From the human T2T-CHM13v2.0 reference genome, Homo sapiens, in NCBI RefSeq assembly GCF_009914755.1, contig NC_060935.1: 64,000 nt of DNA. One strand, given 5' to 3'. The position numbers were made by a program, and so were the translations under genes. Below, one piece after another: positions 26,221 to 39,965 of the stretch. Within the stretch, counting starts at the first letter, position 1. The number at the start of each line of letters is the position of its first letter. The notes under the pieces are model-generated. The model had not been told where the DNA came from and ran no database searches. It saw nothing but the letters and a program-made list of their open reading frames with translations.

Positions 26221-29200
26221 GCAGAGCAGTGACTTGACTGCAGGGGACTGAATAGAATGGCCATTAAAGGCATTTTACCCTGCAATCAGATGTTTCTGGG
26301 ATTGTGAAGGTGGGAAGTGGTCTAGCATCTGTGTGTGTGGAGTAATTTTCAGTGTGTGTGGAAAATAAAGTAGGCAGACAATAAGAAGGATGGCCCGGAG
26401 AAGAACATGATAAAGCAGGACAGAGATAAGGCCAGGGGGAGGGGAGGAAATAGCTCAAAGAATAAATAATAAATCTGAAGAAGTAAAGAAATTAAACACA
26501 AGGCAAAATGGAGGAAATGGTGAGTATACCACTAATATCAGTCCTGAGTAGCTCAAATAAAACCCATAAACCTTTAACCGAGAAGTATATCTTTGTTTGT
26601 AGTTAAACTTTCTGCATTTAGAATTTAAGGAAAGAATTTTGGCTAAAAGGAAATTCTAAGCTGGTTTAGGAAATTCTAAGTTGGTCTTTCATTAGATGGG
26701 ATTAAGTGCCAGGGGTTGGGGCTAGCCTCTCTGCAGCTTTTGCTGGGGCTGGATATCTATTTGTAAACATAGGTGAACAAATGGGGAACTTAGGAAAACA
26801 AATGGGACGGCTGAAGGTTGCACTGAAGAAGAAGGCGGCAAGTGGAGTTGTATAGATGACCTCTAAGTTCCATTCCAGTGATTAAAATCTTAAGTATTTA
26901 AAAAGCAAAGGGAGAAGGTGCATCTGGAACTCTGAGACACTGTATTAATGATTCTATTGTCACGTGAACCTTTTAGGATACCAATTGGTATCCTTTTGCT
27001 CATGTACATTCCTCAAAAGTAGCATGTTTTCTGGTCCTCCTGCGTGGATGGAATGAATGTCTCTCGCTCTGCTGGCACAATAATGATGGAGACACAGGAG
27101 CAAGAACCTGTCTCAGGGCACATCTGTAATTGAACTTCAGTGGGTTTGGATTTGAAAGCAAGTGACAGAAACAGAAGGGCATAGAGTGTCCAGGTTATTG
27201 GAGCAAAGTAGGAAGTAGAGCTGCGGGAACAAAAGATAAGCTTTGTCTGCTTAACAGTCTTCCCAGACAAATTGTGTTGAAAAATATAATAAGAGTGATT
27301 TATCTTGGGTTCCTCCCTTCACCCCTGCAAGTCTGCCATGGGGTCAAAGAAAAAAAAATCAATCATTGGAGAATCCTTCCTTGAGCAGAGAAGTCTTGTC
27401 AGTCTTCTAGGTTCCTTTATTAAAGCCCTAATACCCATGGGAGGACCCCAGCTTATTAAATAATATGTTAGAGAAACGTTACTCTATCAGGTACTCTCTA
27501 ACAGGTACAGAGAGCTGAGCTCAAGACCCTAAGGGCAGGAGACACAGGACAGAGCTACGGGTTAGGCAGAGCACTACCACATGGGAGAATGCTGGAGAAA
27601 ATTCTGTCCAACTTCACAAGGGAGGCTCAACCAGGGCCTCAGTTGTATAAAGAGCCTCTGCTGGCTCCCAGTAAATAGCTCCTGGCCCAACACAAAGTCA
27701 CTGTATGTGCAAACATTTTATTCACAGAGCAGTCACTTGCATCAATTATACAATAAAAATGTGCACATATTTGGGGCACTTGCTCTTTAGTATTCATGGG
27801 ACTTCACATGGTCAGACATTTAGCCAGATGCAAGAAAAAGTGATTATCAGCTACATACGAAATAAAAAGCATGAGAGAGACTTCCTCACTGCAAGCATGA
27901 TTGCCTCATCCCATGCTTTTGTGAATGGGCATTACTGACTGGCATTCAGACCGTAAGAAAATTGGCCAATGAGAACTCAGCAATGCTCTGATTGAAAGCT
28001 GGTCGCACACACACAAGAAATGCCAGTATGCAGAACCTGATAGCAAGATTTTAAACATTCTCTAGAGCAGAACGTATAAACTGAAGAATCGGGTAAAAAG
28101 GTGAATTCATGGTTATTAGCTAATAATAAGACTATAATTATTGCAAAACATCTTGGACAATGCAGGATGGTGAGTAGGGCTGAAAATGGAAATAAATAGT
28201 TTTCTAAAAAGGTAAAAATGAATGACTCAGGAAGAAGGTAACTTGTTTTTTATATGACTTTCTTTTAGGGTTCAAAAGCTACTTATAACATTTTTCTCAG
28301 CATTGCTTTTAAGGTTATTTCATTTCTGGAGTCAACCTGGTTGTACATTCAATGAACTTGATACTTCACTGTAGAACCTCTTTTCTCTGAAAGGTCTAAA
28401 AAAGGCCCTGGTGACCCACCATGGTGGGGGTTCTCAAACTCAGCACTTAATCTCAATTAAGAGATTCAGTGGGGAATGTGCCTTTTCAAAGAAGATACTG
28501 AAAACCTAAAATGAAAAAGATAATCTTCTTACCTAGTATGATTCTATAATCAGCTGGTTTGGACTTGGCGTTCAAGATGTAAATTCAATCCTTGTATAGA
28601 TCAGTTAGTTTCTACTGCACAAACACTTGTCTGTCCTCACTATGTACCATGATCTCAGATAGTCCAGCCTAAGTCCAGCTGGCCACCTACCAAATGCCAT
28701 TGTTTAAAGAGAACAGGGCCATTATTTAAGGAAAGTGTGGGTGGCTCCCTGTGTGTCTTTAACATATGTTTTCACCTAAATGTGGGTGAGTTAAAGCTTG
28801 ATATATAAAGGAAAGAGCATATTATTACTTAAGCAAATGGACTATCTAGGGGATAGAAGCATAAGTCAAAGAATGTGAATGTTTCCCCCATTGCTAGTGA
28901 TTCCCCTGCAAATATGTTTTTAGCGTATTTGGTATAATTATCTGTGAGAACAGATGGAATGGGATCACAGGTACTTCAACCTTCTTGATAATCAGAAAGT
29001 CATTTCTATTTGACTTTGGAATACAATGTTTACCACTCCTACACAGGCCCACCTTCTTCATTATGTTCAACTTAACTTAAACCTGTATTTCCATGTCCAC
29101 TGGAAGGCACTGGACATAATCCTTTATGCAGTCTGTCTCAAGTTTTCATCTTTTACTTTCTTCTAGATATTTTCTCTAGTCTCTTCATCTTCCTGCTGTC

Positions 29201-29454
29201 CCCCCATGCTTGAATCAGGCAGAAATTCACACCGTTAATTTTCCAGAGACTAAATGTTACTAAGGGTCAGCATTTCTTTACATGTCTGTTTCCCCTAATG
29301 AGGTGAGTTCTTTGATGACAAGGATTATGTATCATTCATCTTTGTATTCCCAGGACATAGTATGTCCTAAATTAATGTTTATTGAATGAATTAACTATAA
29401 AAATATGTAACAACTCATTAAGATATTTTGCCAGTCAATTCTATAATTTCTTAA

Positions 29455-29775
29455 ACTGTTAGTTTAGCATAAAGCATTACATTGCTCTGGGCAAGCAGGT
29501 AAGTGGCTATTTACAAGGCAGATTTATATTTAATTGGATATAATGTATTCTAATGATTTGAATTGATTTGGTTAGTCTAATTTGGATGAAAGACACTCAG
29601 TCCATTGGTGTTATTTATTTCCTTGGTGGTAATAAATGAGATTCCTTCTAATACCTTGCTGACGGCAATTTGAATGTCAGTGGAACAGTTGGAGCCTTTC
29701 ACTTTTGCAATAATGGTTTAGGGGCAAACAATAGGACCCTTAAAAACCTATCTAATCCAGCTTTATGGCCTTATA
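29455..29775. promoter_or_regulatory. Candidate conserved non-coding element / enhancer
   Basis: Unique AT-rich block dense in TAAT/TGAT words, with SOX motif AACAATA (29727-29733) and a C/EBP-like TTGCAATAA. Conservation cannot be seen from one sequence. Confidence 0.4.
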
Positions 29776-30158
29776 AGCTGTCAGGCTCTTCATTTTTTTT
29801 TTCATGATGGGGAGATAAGACAGGATGTAAGAAAAGCAGAGAGGGGACCATGGGGCTTAAGGAGCTAAAGGACTTTGAGATCAAGTAAATAATAAAATTG
29901 GTAGGTGGAGAAACTGCTTTCCCTCTAATCTCTATTTCCATTTTTGCAAGTGGAAATACGTACATAAAGTCAAGCAAATGATAAATGTAGAAATTCCTAA
30001 TGATCTTGTGAATAGCAAGATTGGAAACAATGAAAAAATGTCTTAATCAACTTGTAGAGACAGAAGGCTATTTTACTACAAGAGGTAAAATTTTGGGACA
30101 CACTGCACCCACATTAATATGCTTAGTAAACTAAAAGCCACACAGTATGAAGACATTA

Positions 30159-30560
<402 letters not shown>

Positions 30561-31144
30561 TTAAATCAAGCACAGCCAATAACAATTTGGACTCAAAATC
30601 AAGCAAATTTCTCCCTTTTAAACAGTGTATTAGTAGGCTGAAGCAGTTCACCTTGATTCAATGAACTGAACTGGACTTTGGATTTTAAAATTTACAAAAA
30701 TCCTCCAAAAATTCAAGTCTTCACAAAAAAGACTTGTGAACGAGGAGTCAGGAAAACTGGGCTCAAGTGTTGTCCTGCAGGTCTTCATGGTACCTGCTCA
30801 ATATTCTACCCCAAATATTTCCTTTACCAAAATGAGATAATATCATATGAATACTAGGCAGACAAACTAAATAATAGATTAAAATGTATTGCTCTAACCC
30901 TTTGGGAGAAATCATTAAAATATAAGGAGTTTGTATTTTTATTACACCAGAATTACCTACAGCCCTGTATCTAGTTCTAGCCATCCAGCTAAGGATAGAT
31001 TCAGAAACAGTTCAAAGAAAAGCTATGCTGATGGTAAGAGTTCTAGAAATAGATGGTATTTTTTAAAAACATTAAGAGAACTGGGATTATTTATCCTGTG
31101 GAAGAAATGTTTGAGAAAGGATGAAATCATGGTTTGGAATTAGA

Positions 31145-31332
31145 GCAATGATTCTCAAAGTGTGGTCCCAGGACCTACAACAGCAGCAACCCCTGGAAAC
31201 TTACAAAAAATGTAAATCCCAGGCCTCTATCCCACACCTGCTGGATCAGGAAGTCTAGAGGGGCTCTAACAACCTGTGGTTTACCAGCTCTCCAGGGTGA
31301 TTTTGATGCTCAGCCTAGTTGAAGAACCACTT
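31145..31332. mobile_element. MER5A hAT-Charlie element, adjacent to an L3/CR1 fragment at ~31020-31140
   Basis: caatgattctcaaagtgtggtccc...ccagggtgattttgatgc...gaagaaccact termini. Confidence 0.85.
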
Positions 31333-31521
31333 GGTGAACAGGAGCAGTGGTCTTGCAGAGAATAGGGAAAGTGAATAGTGATACTCATTGAAACAGAAAA
31401 GAAGGGTTGGGACAGCTTTTAAGTATTTAATCTTTTCCCCTGTGAAAGAAACCAGATAGCAAAAGAGGACAGTATACAAGTAACTCGGAGAAAAAGCATA
31501 GAAACCATCTAGAAAGGGCTC

Positions 31522-31524
31522 TTT

Positions 31525-31588
<64 letters not shown>
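31522..31588. repeat. (TTTC)n tetranucleotide repeat (~16 units)
   Basis: Direct reading. Confidence 0.98.
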
Positions 31589-31590
<2 letters not shown>

Positions 31591-31762
31591 TTTTCTTCAA
31601 GGAGAGTACAGAATCCATATGACTTCCTACATGAAGTTTTAGAAGTAATTTTAACATTGGTTTACTCAAATGAAGTTTTAAGGGAACAATAGTAGCATCA
31701 GAAGCAAAGCCAAATATGTACACCAAATTCAAGCAGTAATGGCTCTTAAATAATCCATAATT

Positions 31763-32089
<327 letters not shown>

Positions 32090-33119
32090 TCAGAAAATCA
32101 GTGAAAAAAGAAACATGAAATACCAATGAGAAAAGGAAAGATAGAGAAAAAGGAAAGAAGGAAGGGCAAAAGCAAATGGAATACAGAGAAAGAATCACCA
32201 ACTCTCAGTACAGGAGTGAGGGCAGGAATGAAAAGGGTGCTTTCAATGACCCAATACACATCACCATGCAACAGCATAGTACATTGGAGCCTTGCTAAGA
32301 ATTCTGTCTTCAGGAGCCAGATTGTGAAACTGCTTTTTCATGAATTTCAATTCATTTAAAGAATTCTAATTGAGTTGAAATTCCTTACTATTAATTTCTT
32401 TAGGCACTTTGGTAGATAAGCCCCTTGAACAGGTGCCAGATCATACCCACCTTATATAGAGGATTGTTACTATAGTGAGAAGCCAAAAACATATATTTTT
32501 GAATCACATTTACTTTTACTTTATTTTGTGGGATAGGTAAGTTTTGAGGATATATAGACATGTTAATATCCATAAATAGTATAGACAGAAGATTTCCTAC
32601 TCTACTTACCCTAAATCTCCTCTTTCAAGTAAGGATAATTATCAACCCAATAAGATAGCAAGAAAGAGAAAAATCCAGTTATTTAAAACATCAGTGTATG
32701 CACTATAGTAATCTCAATTATTCACATACAAAATGTTGCCTTTTTTGATTACCTGAAGCAAAATGTTGATCCCAGATCAACTTTCTCTGGCTATCCATCA
32801 TTTATCTAGATAGCTTCTTCCTAGCATCAGTAGTTGTTAAGAAAAAAAAAAAAAAAAAAAACAAAACATGTAAATATGAGGCCAATGAAAACAAACAAAT
32901 AAAACTAACCATGCAAAACTAACTTCACTTCTTTCTTTGTTAGTTATTAGACTGATAGCTTTGGGGAATGACATTTGGAATCCTAACTTCAGTATGTGAC
33001 TTGACTCAGCTTCTTATGATCTCTTTTGGGTAAGTTTGAGTCAAACATTTGAATAAGATGACTCTGAAAAACAATCTTAATTTAGCAGATGTCTTAGGAT
33101 AAAAAAAATATTGGGAGAT

Positions 33120-33640
33120 GGAATGATGAGTTGAATTTTAGGATGAGGGAAATAGAGTTTGACAGCAGCATGTATAGAAAAGACTTAAGTGTTTTAATAG
33201 ATGGTAAGATAAGATGAATCAATACTGATAGATGGTTGCTAAAAAGATTAATAGGAATTTTATTCCTGGAAATCCAGTACTTAGGGAAAAATTTTATAAA
33301 GGTGATCATCATGCATTTCTTCCCATTTGTCAGTCCACATCTAGAAAAAAGCATTCAATCCAGAGTAGCACATTTAACAAGGCAACCAAACCAACTGGAA
33401 TGTGGAGACTCACAAGAATGATGAAGGCATGTGAAATAATGCCATGGGAGGAATGACTGCAAGTGCTAAGGGTGTGCAGCCCAGAGAAAAATGACTCTGG
33501 ACGGAACATGATTTCTTCTTTGAAATATCTGTAAGACTGACAAATAGAAGAGAGACTAGACTTAATAGACTTACACTATATCTCCTAAGGCTAAAATAAG
33601 AAACAATAAAAGACGATGCCTTTGTGATTCAATATTAAGA
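33120..33640 (+). mobile_element. L3/CR1 fragment (continues briefly after the Alu at ~34182-34230)
   Basis: aactggaatgtgg...ggaggaatgactgcaagtgctaagggtgtgcagcccagagaa...tttgaaatatctgtaagactg resemble the CR1/L3 3' region. Confidence 0.55.
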
Positions 33641-33650
33641 AAAAGTATTC

Positions 33651-33972
33651 GGCAGGCACGGTGGCTCACGCCTGTAATCCCAGCACATTGGGAGGCCGAG
33701 GCAGGTGGATTACCTGAGGTCAGGAGTTTGAGACCAGCCTGGGCGACATGGTGAAACCCCATCTCTACTGAAAAACAAACAAACAAACAAACAAACAAAC
33801 AAACAAACAAACAAACGAAAATTAGCTGGGCATGGTGGTATGTGCCTGTAATCCCAGCTACTCGGGAGGCTGAGGCAAAAGAATCGCTTGAACCAGGGAG
33901 TCAGAGGTTGCGTGAGCCGAGTTTGTGCCACTGCACTCCAGCCTGGTGACAAAGCGAGACTCTGTCTCAATT

Positions 33973-34043
<71 letters not shown>

Positions 34044-34103
34044 GAGACAGAGAGAAAGAGAGAAAGAAAGAAAGAAAGAAAGAAAGAAGGAAGGAAGGAA
34101 GGA

Positions 34104-34167
<64 letters not shown>
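33651..34167 (+). mobile_element. AluSx-like element with (AAAC)n linker and ~195-bp complex (GAAA)n tail
   Basis: Full dimer; perfect 14-bp TSD aagaaaaagtattc at 33637-33650 and 34168-34181. Confidence 0.97.
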
Positions 34168-34171
<4 letters not shown>

Positions 34172-35594
34172 AAAAGTATTCAAATGATCTGAGTTGTCCA
34201 AAGATGGAATTGCTGATCAGGAATGTGGTCCATTATAAGCTAACAGGAAATTCAAGCAAAAGATGGCCTTTGTGGCTTCTTCATCAGTGAAAGTCTATGA
34301 ACCTAGAATTAAAAAGGGAATTTGACTGAAGTGAGCATCTAAGGCATATTCTGAAGACCATATTCATTTTTTATAACATCTGCACCCTGCTCCTCTCTGT
34401 TAACCTGGGTATTTAAAAGCCAGTGGTGTGTAATCTAAAGACCTTCTCAAAACACTATACCATATTTACATTCAACATCTCTGTAAAGTAAGAACAAGTC
34501 AACTACCTTGTTTCTCTTCTTACTGAAGAGCTAACTCTACTATGGAAATTGTAAAGAAAATAATTATCGATAGAGTTAGATCTATAACATAGCCCCTTTG
34601 ATTCACGAAAATGAAACTTTGAACATGTGTCTCTTGACCTTCACTGTCTAACATTCCTCCCCAAACTCTCCCTAATGTTGATTGCTTAGTTTATTAATTC
34701 AAGTTCGTTGAATAAGTCATAGTCTACAATCACGATAGTAGTTTATGAGAGCAAGTGTTGCTGTTACTCCAAGTGCGTGGGGAAGTTGCAGAGGTCCTTT
34801 TCTAGAGGCCTTCAAGATAAGTTGCAGAGGTCCTTTTCTAGATAGTGTGATTATTCTACCATTGGCTCGTTCCTACTTTTCCACTGAACCTACCAGTTAT
34901 CACACTATGAGCAGAGTAAGGAAAAACTCTGTAATACTTGTGTATTACAGTGCTACTGCACTTTTAATTTTCTCCCTCCCACTATTGGTAAGCAATGATA
35001 TAGCCTCCTCAACACAATACCTAATGCTGGGTACTGTAATAATCATGGTGCACTGCTCACAATCCCTGTGGCAAGCATTTACACTGCTCTAAGCACCAGC
35101 AAGAAAAGAAACAAAAAAAATTTTTTGTGGTTCCTTTTAGTCCTTGAGTATATCACAAGTTTAACCCTAATTGGATTTACCTGATGTCAGTAAATGACCT
35201 GGGACTTTCGGCAGTCATTATCCCAAAGGGTAATAATCAGAAAGTTGAGAGGAAAAAACCTAAAATGGCACTTATCTAATGTGGGAAATTAAGTGACTTA
35301 GATAGTTATGTACAAAGGGTATAACCAGAGCCAAGTGTAATGTCCCATGTGATTTTTACTAGGAGAGACTAGTTTTAATAGTTTCATCTTTGGACAACCC
35401 TCCTTTCTAAGCATGTACCTGCCACTTAGGGATCCCCAACCCAACACGCTGAGGCTCATTTCATCATTATTTTCATCATCCTAGTAAAAATTCACTAGGA
35501 TCTTTTAAGCCAGGATAACCAACTTCTCAAAGTGTTGAAAAACTTGGTGGCTGATATATGCATGGACTAAGTTATGTATATAAGTTAATAAACC

Positions 35595-35618
35595 CACACA
35601 CACACACACACACACACA
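35595..35618. repeat. (CA)n microsatellite
   Basis: Direct reading. Confidence 0.95.
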
Positions 35619-35694
35619 TCTTTTAGGACTGGTTTGCCTGAAGTCTTGACATCATGGAATGTCAAATGTCAAATGTCTTTAAAATATGATTATC

Positions 35695-36062
<368 letters not shown>

Positions 36063-36869
36063 CTAAATGAAGAGAGAGTAAACTGGCAGAGAAATACGCA
36101 TAAAATAATAATTTGACATTCCACATTGTTGTTATCTATATATAGTGTTTTCCTTGAGGTTAGCAGATGCCAGAATTCCTAGATCAATTAAATAGTGCAC
36201 CCTTTGCCCACAACTTCCTTTGTAAAAGCTGAATATACAATATACTAACAGATTTTTCAAAATATCTATTTTTCATTTTTAAAAGTATCCCTATTTAAAA
36301 TGTAGGAGCCTAAAAATATACACAAACCAAATGTTGATTCATTGTAGGAGTTGCATGTTATGATTCCCTCATTGCATCTGGTAACTGCATGTGGTTAGCT
36401 ACACTTGGTACGACTGGATACAGCTTGACATATTCTGGGATTTATTAAAATGTAAATGACAAAGCAGAAAAGAATGTTCAGACAATTGGATTACTCCATT
36501 GACTGAATGTTCCAATACTGTATCTATTTTTGTCAAAGCAATGGTGGTTCCTGCTGTGGAATGCTGAATGGAATATTCCATTGCAGGGCATGGGGAGAAC
36601 TTGCATAAAAGAAATTGAAACCTAATCATTTAATTTTTAATTCACCTCTCTAAAAGCAACACATTGCCAATACTTGTAAAAGAAATTATGATAATTTTGG
36701 CACACAATTATTGGAAGATCATCATTTTCAACTATTTATTCAGTGTCTATTATTGGTTCTGTAACTTCATTCATGAAAACAATGATACATTTGCTTGTTT
36801 TTGCTCTTGGCCTTGGCTTGTTTTAGCTATGAGCATTATGTGATGAGCATGAATATCTGTGATATGGCA

Positions 36870-37160
36870 GGGAATATGCACAATCCAAGAGAGACGTTTT
36901 CCTGATAGGAACTGTTCTTATTTATTCCAGAGAAGAGAAGGCTGGGAGGTAGTTGTCTTTAAGGACATGAAGGGATTGAGTTTAAAAGAATGGAGGCCGG
37001 CTGTTCTTTCTCTCCACAGGGAACAAGAGAAAATGGGATTAAACTACAGCGTGAGGGATTTGGAATAGAAATAAGAATTTCCCAACTGTGTGGAATCTCA
37101 AACACTGAAATGCATTTTGAAGGAAGCATGTGGACATTAGTTTTATTTTGATGCCTTTAA
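36870..37160 (+). mobile_element. L3/CR1 fragment
   Basis: ccagagaagagaaggctggg...ttgtctttaaggacatgaaggg...aagagaaaatgggattaaactacagc...aagaatttcccaactgtg. Confidence 0.65.
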
Positions 37161-37608
37161 AATATGGAACGGCACATTTTCACTATGTGGTTTTTACATG
37201 GATGAAGAAGAGCAGATTTGACGACAGAGTTCCAGGATTCTCTTGATCTATGAGTAGAATCTAAAAGCGATGCATGGTGGTAACTGTGAGAAGTAACTAT
37301 TTTTTATAGTGGTTATTTTTTAATATGAACTTTTCTCATGGGGACAGAGTGTCAATTTTACCTGTACTGTGAAATGTGAAATGGAATGGAATGGAATATA
37401 ATAAGTTGGGTGGGGACAGATAATGTGGGAGCACAATGCAATTTTTAATTTTGCCTTCCCACTACCATTTCTGCTATTGAGTTATTCAAGTTTAAAGGCA
37501 AAATATCCTTCTAGTGGAGTTTAATATATGTATATTGATTTTTGAATTTGTAAAAATGTGCTCAGGATTCCTGGAGAAATGAGCATCCTCTGTACCCTCG
37601 TTATGGGC

Positions 37609-37668
37609 ATATATATGTGTATATATATGTATATGTATATGTATACATATATATATACATATATATAT
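37609..37668. repeat. Alternating purine-pyrimidine (TA/TG/CA) simple repeat
   Basis: Direct reading. Confidence 0.9.
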
Positions 37669-38081
37669 GGATATTTTTAAAGGAGCTGCATTTTCACGTT
37701 TGATTAGCAGATTAGCAGAATTATTTGAGTATATGGGATTCAAATTGGTCCAAATTCAATTTTGCTGTTAAAAATTATGACTACAGTGGATATTGGTTGT
37801 CTCTTGATTTGAAAATAATTATATTTTCCATTTCCCTGAGATAGTTAGTGTAGCAGGAAGAGTGTTGTGTTAAAATCAGAAACCTGGGGGTCAGGTCTTA
37901 TCTCAATCATGACCTGGCTGTTTGACCTGGACAACTCAGTAACTGTTAAGTATCAGTTTATATTCTGAGGAATAAACAAAACTGTGTTAAACAGATGGTT
38001 TTCCTTCTAATATGCTATCAATTATTGATACCAAAAACTCTCGATTTTCTGAGCTGAGTCTAAGATTATGTTCCCGTAAGT

Positions 38082-38247
38082 CAACAGTTCTCAACTTTGC
38101 CTGCACATTCCAATCTCCAGCGGAGCTTTAGAAAATTCAAATTCCTAGGCCACACTCACACCAACTAAGTCAGAATCTGTCCCAGGTATCAGTATTTTCA
38201 AAACTCCCCAGGTGGTTACGATATACAGCCAGGGTTTAAAACTCATG
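38082..38247. mobile_element. MER5A1/MER5B-like hAT element
   Basis: cagttctcaactttgcctgcacatt...agtcagaatctg...aactccccaggtggttacgatatacagccagggtttaaaac. Confidence 0.75.
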
Positions 38248-38294
38248 CTTTGGATACAGTGCAGTAAGGAACTGAAATAATCATATTAATGTTA

Positions 38295-38400
38295 TCTATT
38301 ATGAGTGTGAGAATTGTGTCCATCTTGTTCCTTCCTGTATCCTCAAACCTGAACAAAGTGCCCAGCACGTAGTAGGTGCTCAGTAAATAGTTAATATTTT
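38295..38400 (+). mobile_element. L2 3' end
   Basis: aacaaagtgcccagcacgtagtaggtgctcagtaaata. Confidence 0.8.
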
Positions 38401-39042
38401 TAGGAAACTTTGGCCAATTACTAAAAGATATAGGGCATATCAAAGTAGATGGCTGTATCTACTTTAATCATTTTTATGTTCATCTCATTCACTTAATAAG
38501 AGCTCAATTCTCTTCTTTTTTTGGTCTGTATAACGTCAAAAGAAAGTGAAATAATAGGTAATATTTTGCTGCAATACAATTCACCTATCCTTAGGATGAA
38601 ATTTTAAAAAATTGTCTATCACATTCTCTAGAGAAGGGGCCCTTTGGAAGCTAAAGACATGTCTCCTACATGACTTTACACATCTAGGTAAAAATTAAGA
38701 AAACTAATTGTCTTTATGTGTCCAGGTGTGATATTCATTCAGCGGACACTTACGAAGTACTTTTGATGCCAAGCATTGTGGTAGGCTATCGTAGACTTTC
38801 CTGACCAGGGTTTTATGCTAGAATTGAACCCTAATGCTCTGAGCGTCTTTACCCGTGATGAATTATTTTCCTTCCTTTGCATGTAAAATTGTATTTTTAA
38901 TATATCATTCTTGGGAGAATTGAGGAAATAGCATTCAAATCATATCTTTGTTCTCTGTGGTTCACATAGCAAACCCCAGTTAAGAAAGGGCTGCAAGTCT
39001 GGAGGATAAAATAACAAGCAAAACATAGCATTTATCTTCTGG

Positions 39043-39256
39043 AGTGGCACTATCCAATGGAAGTTTCTCAGTGATAGATGTGTTCTATATCTGTGCTGTT
39101 CAACAGAGTGGCCACCAGTTGCATGTGGCTATTGAGAACTTGCGATGTGAGCAATGCAACTGAGGAACTAAATTTTTACTTTTACTTAATATTAATTAAT
39201 TGAAATTGAAATAGCCACATATGATGAGTGGCTACCTTGTTGAATGGTGCAGCTCT
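39043..39256. mobile_element. MER3 hAT-Charlie element
   Basis: tgttctatatctgtgctgttcaac...gtggctattgagaacttg...aactgaggaactaaattttta...aatagccacat. Confidence 0.85.
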
Positions 39257-39259
39257 AGA

Positions 39260-39965
39260 ATCTCATATTCAAATATGAGCACAACACTGGAAGATAAATG
39301 CTAATACGAGGTAAGCTCAGAATGACATGAAAGCGCCTAGGTGGGGAAGCTAGTCTTAGCGCTGGTAGAGGTTGGGGTGAAAACTTTCCAGAGAAAATGA
39401 CTTCTAGGATGGGATGTGAAGGATGAGGGATGGAGTTTGGAAGGTGTAGTGGAGAAAGTACTAGGTAGAAGCTGAAGTGTGTGAGAAAGCCCAGAAGATA
39501 GAGGGAACATTAAGAAAAGGCAGGTGGATGGCACGAGCCTAGAATCACAGAGGGGCTGAAGAGTTGATGAGTCCAGAGAGGACTGTTGGAGCCAGGATCA
39601 GGGCATGAAGGGCTTTAGGTGTCACGATATCTCAAGGGCAATGGGAAGCCAGTGAAGAGTTTGAAGCCATGGAATAATACAATCATATTCGTGGTTTAGA
39701 GAGATTTCCCCGGCTGCCCCTTGGCAGTGTGGAGAGGAAAACTGGAGGCATGGTGCTGTAGTCCAGGTGAGAAATGAGTGTTGTTCTTTAATGCAGTAGC
39801 ATAGATGGAGAGAAGTAGACATATTTGAACAATGGAAAGAGAAAAAAAATCAAAAGATTACCTGAGTGATTGACCATGGCTGGCGGAGATGGAAGAGACA
39901 AGGACCAGACCTTGGTTTCTGACTTGGTAGATGACAGTACCTTTTATTTAAAGGTAACATGGGAT
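39260..39965 (-). mobile_element. L2 fragment
   Basis: gggcaatgggaagccagtgaagagtttgaagc...gtagtccaggtgagaaatgag...ggtttctgacttgg. Confidence 0.75.

Noticed and set aside
28415-28428. Perfect 14-bp palindrome CCCACCATGGTGGG
   Set aside because: A few such palindromes are expected by chance in 64 kb, and nothing else supports a function.
33925-34290. Lys/Glu/Arg-rich and Phe/Leu/Ser-rich ORFs (also 31427-31732 and 43161-43443)
   Set aside because: Stop-free frames produced by (GAAA)n and GA-rich simple repeats.
34783-34842. Repeat-spacer-repeat pattern as a CRISPR-like array
   Set aside because: Only two copies, a 12-bp spacer, primate DNA and no cas genes.
38792-38992. Possible hAT-Charlie relic with degenerate terminal inverted repeats
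   Set aside because: The TIR match is too weak to name or bound with confidence.
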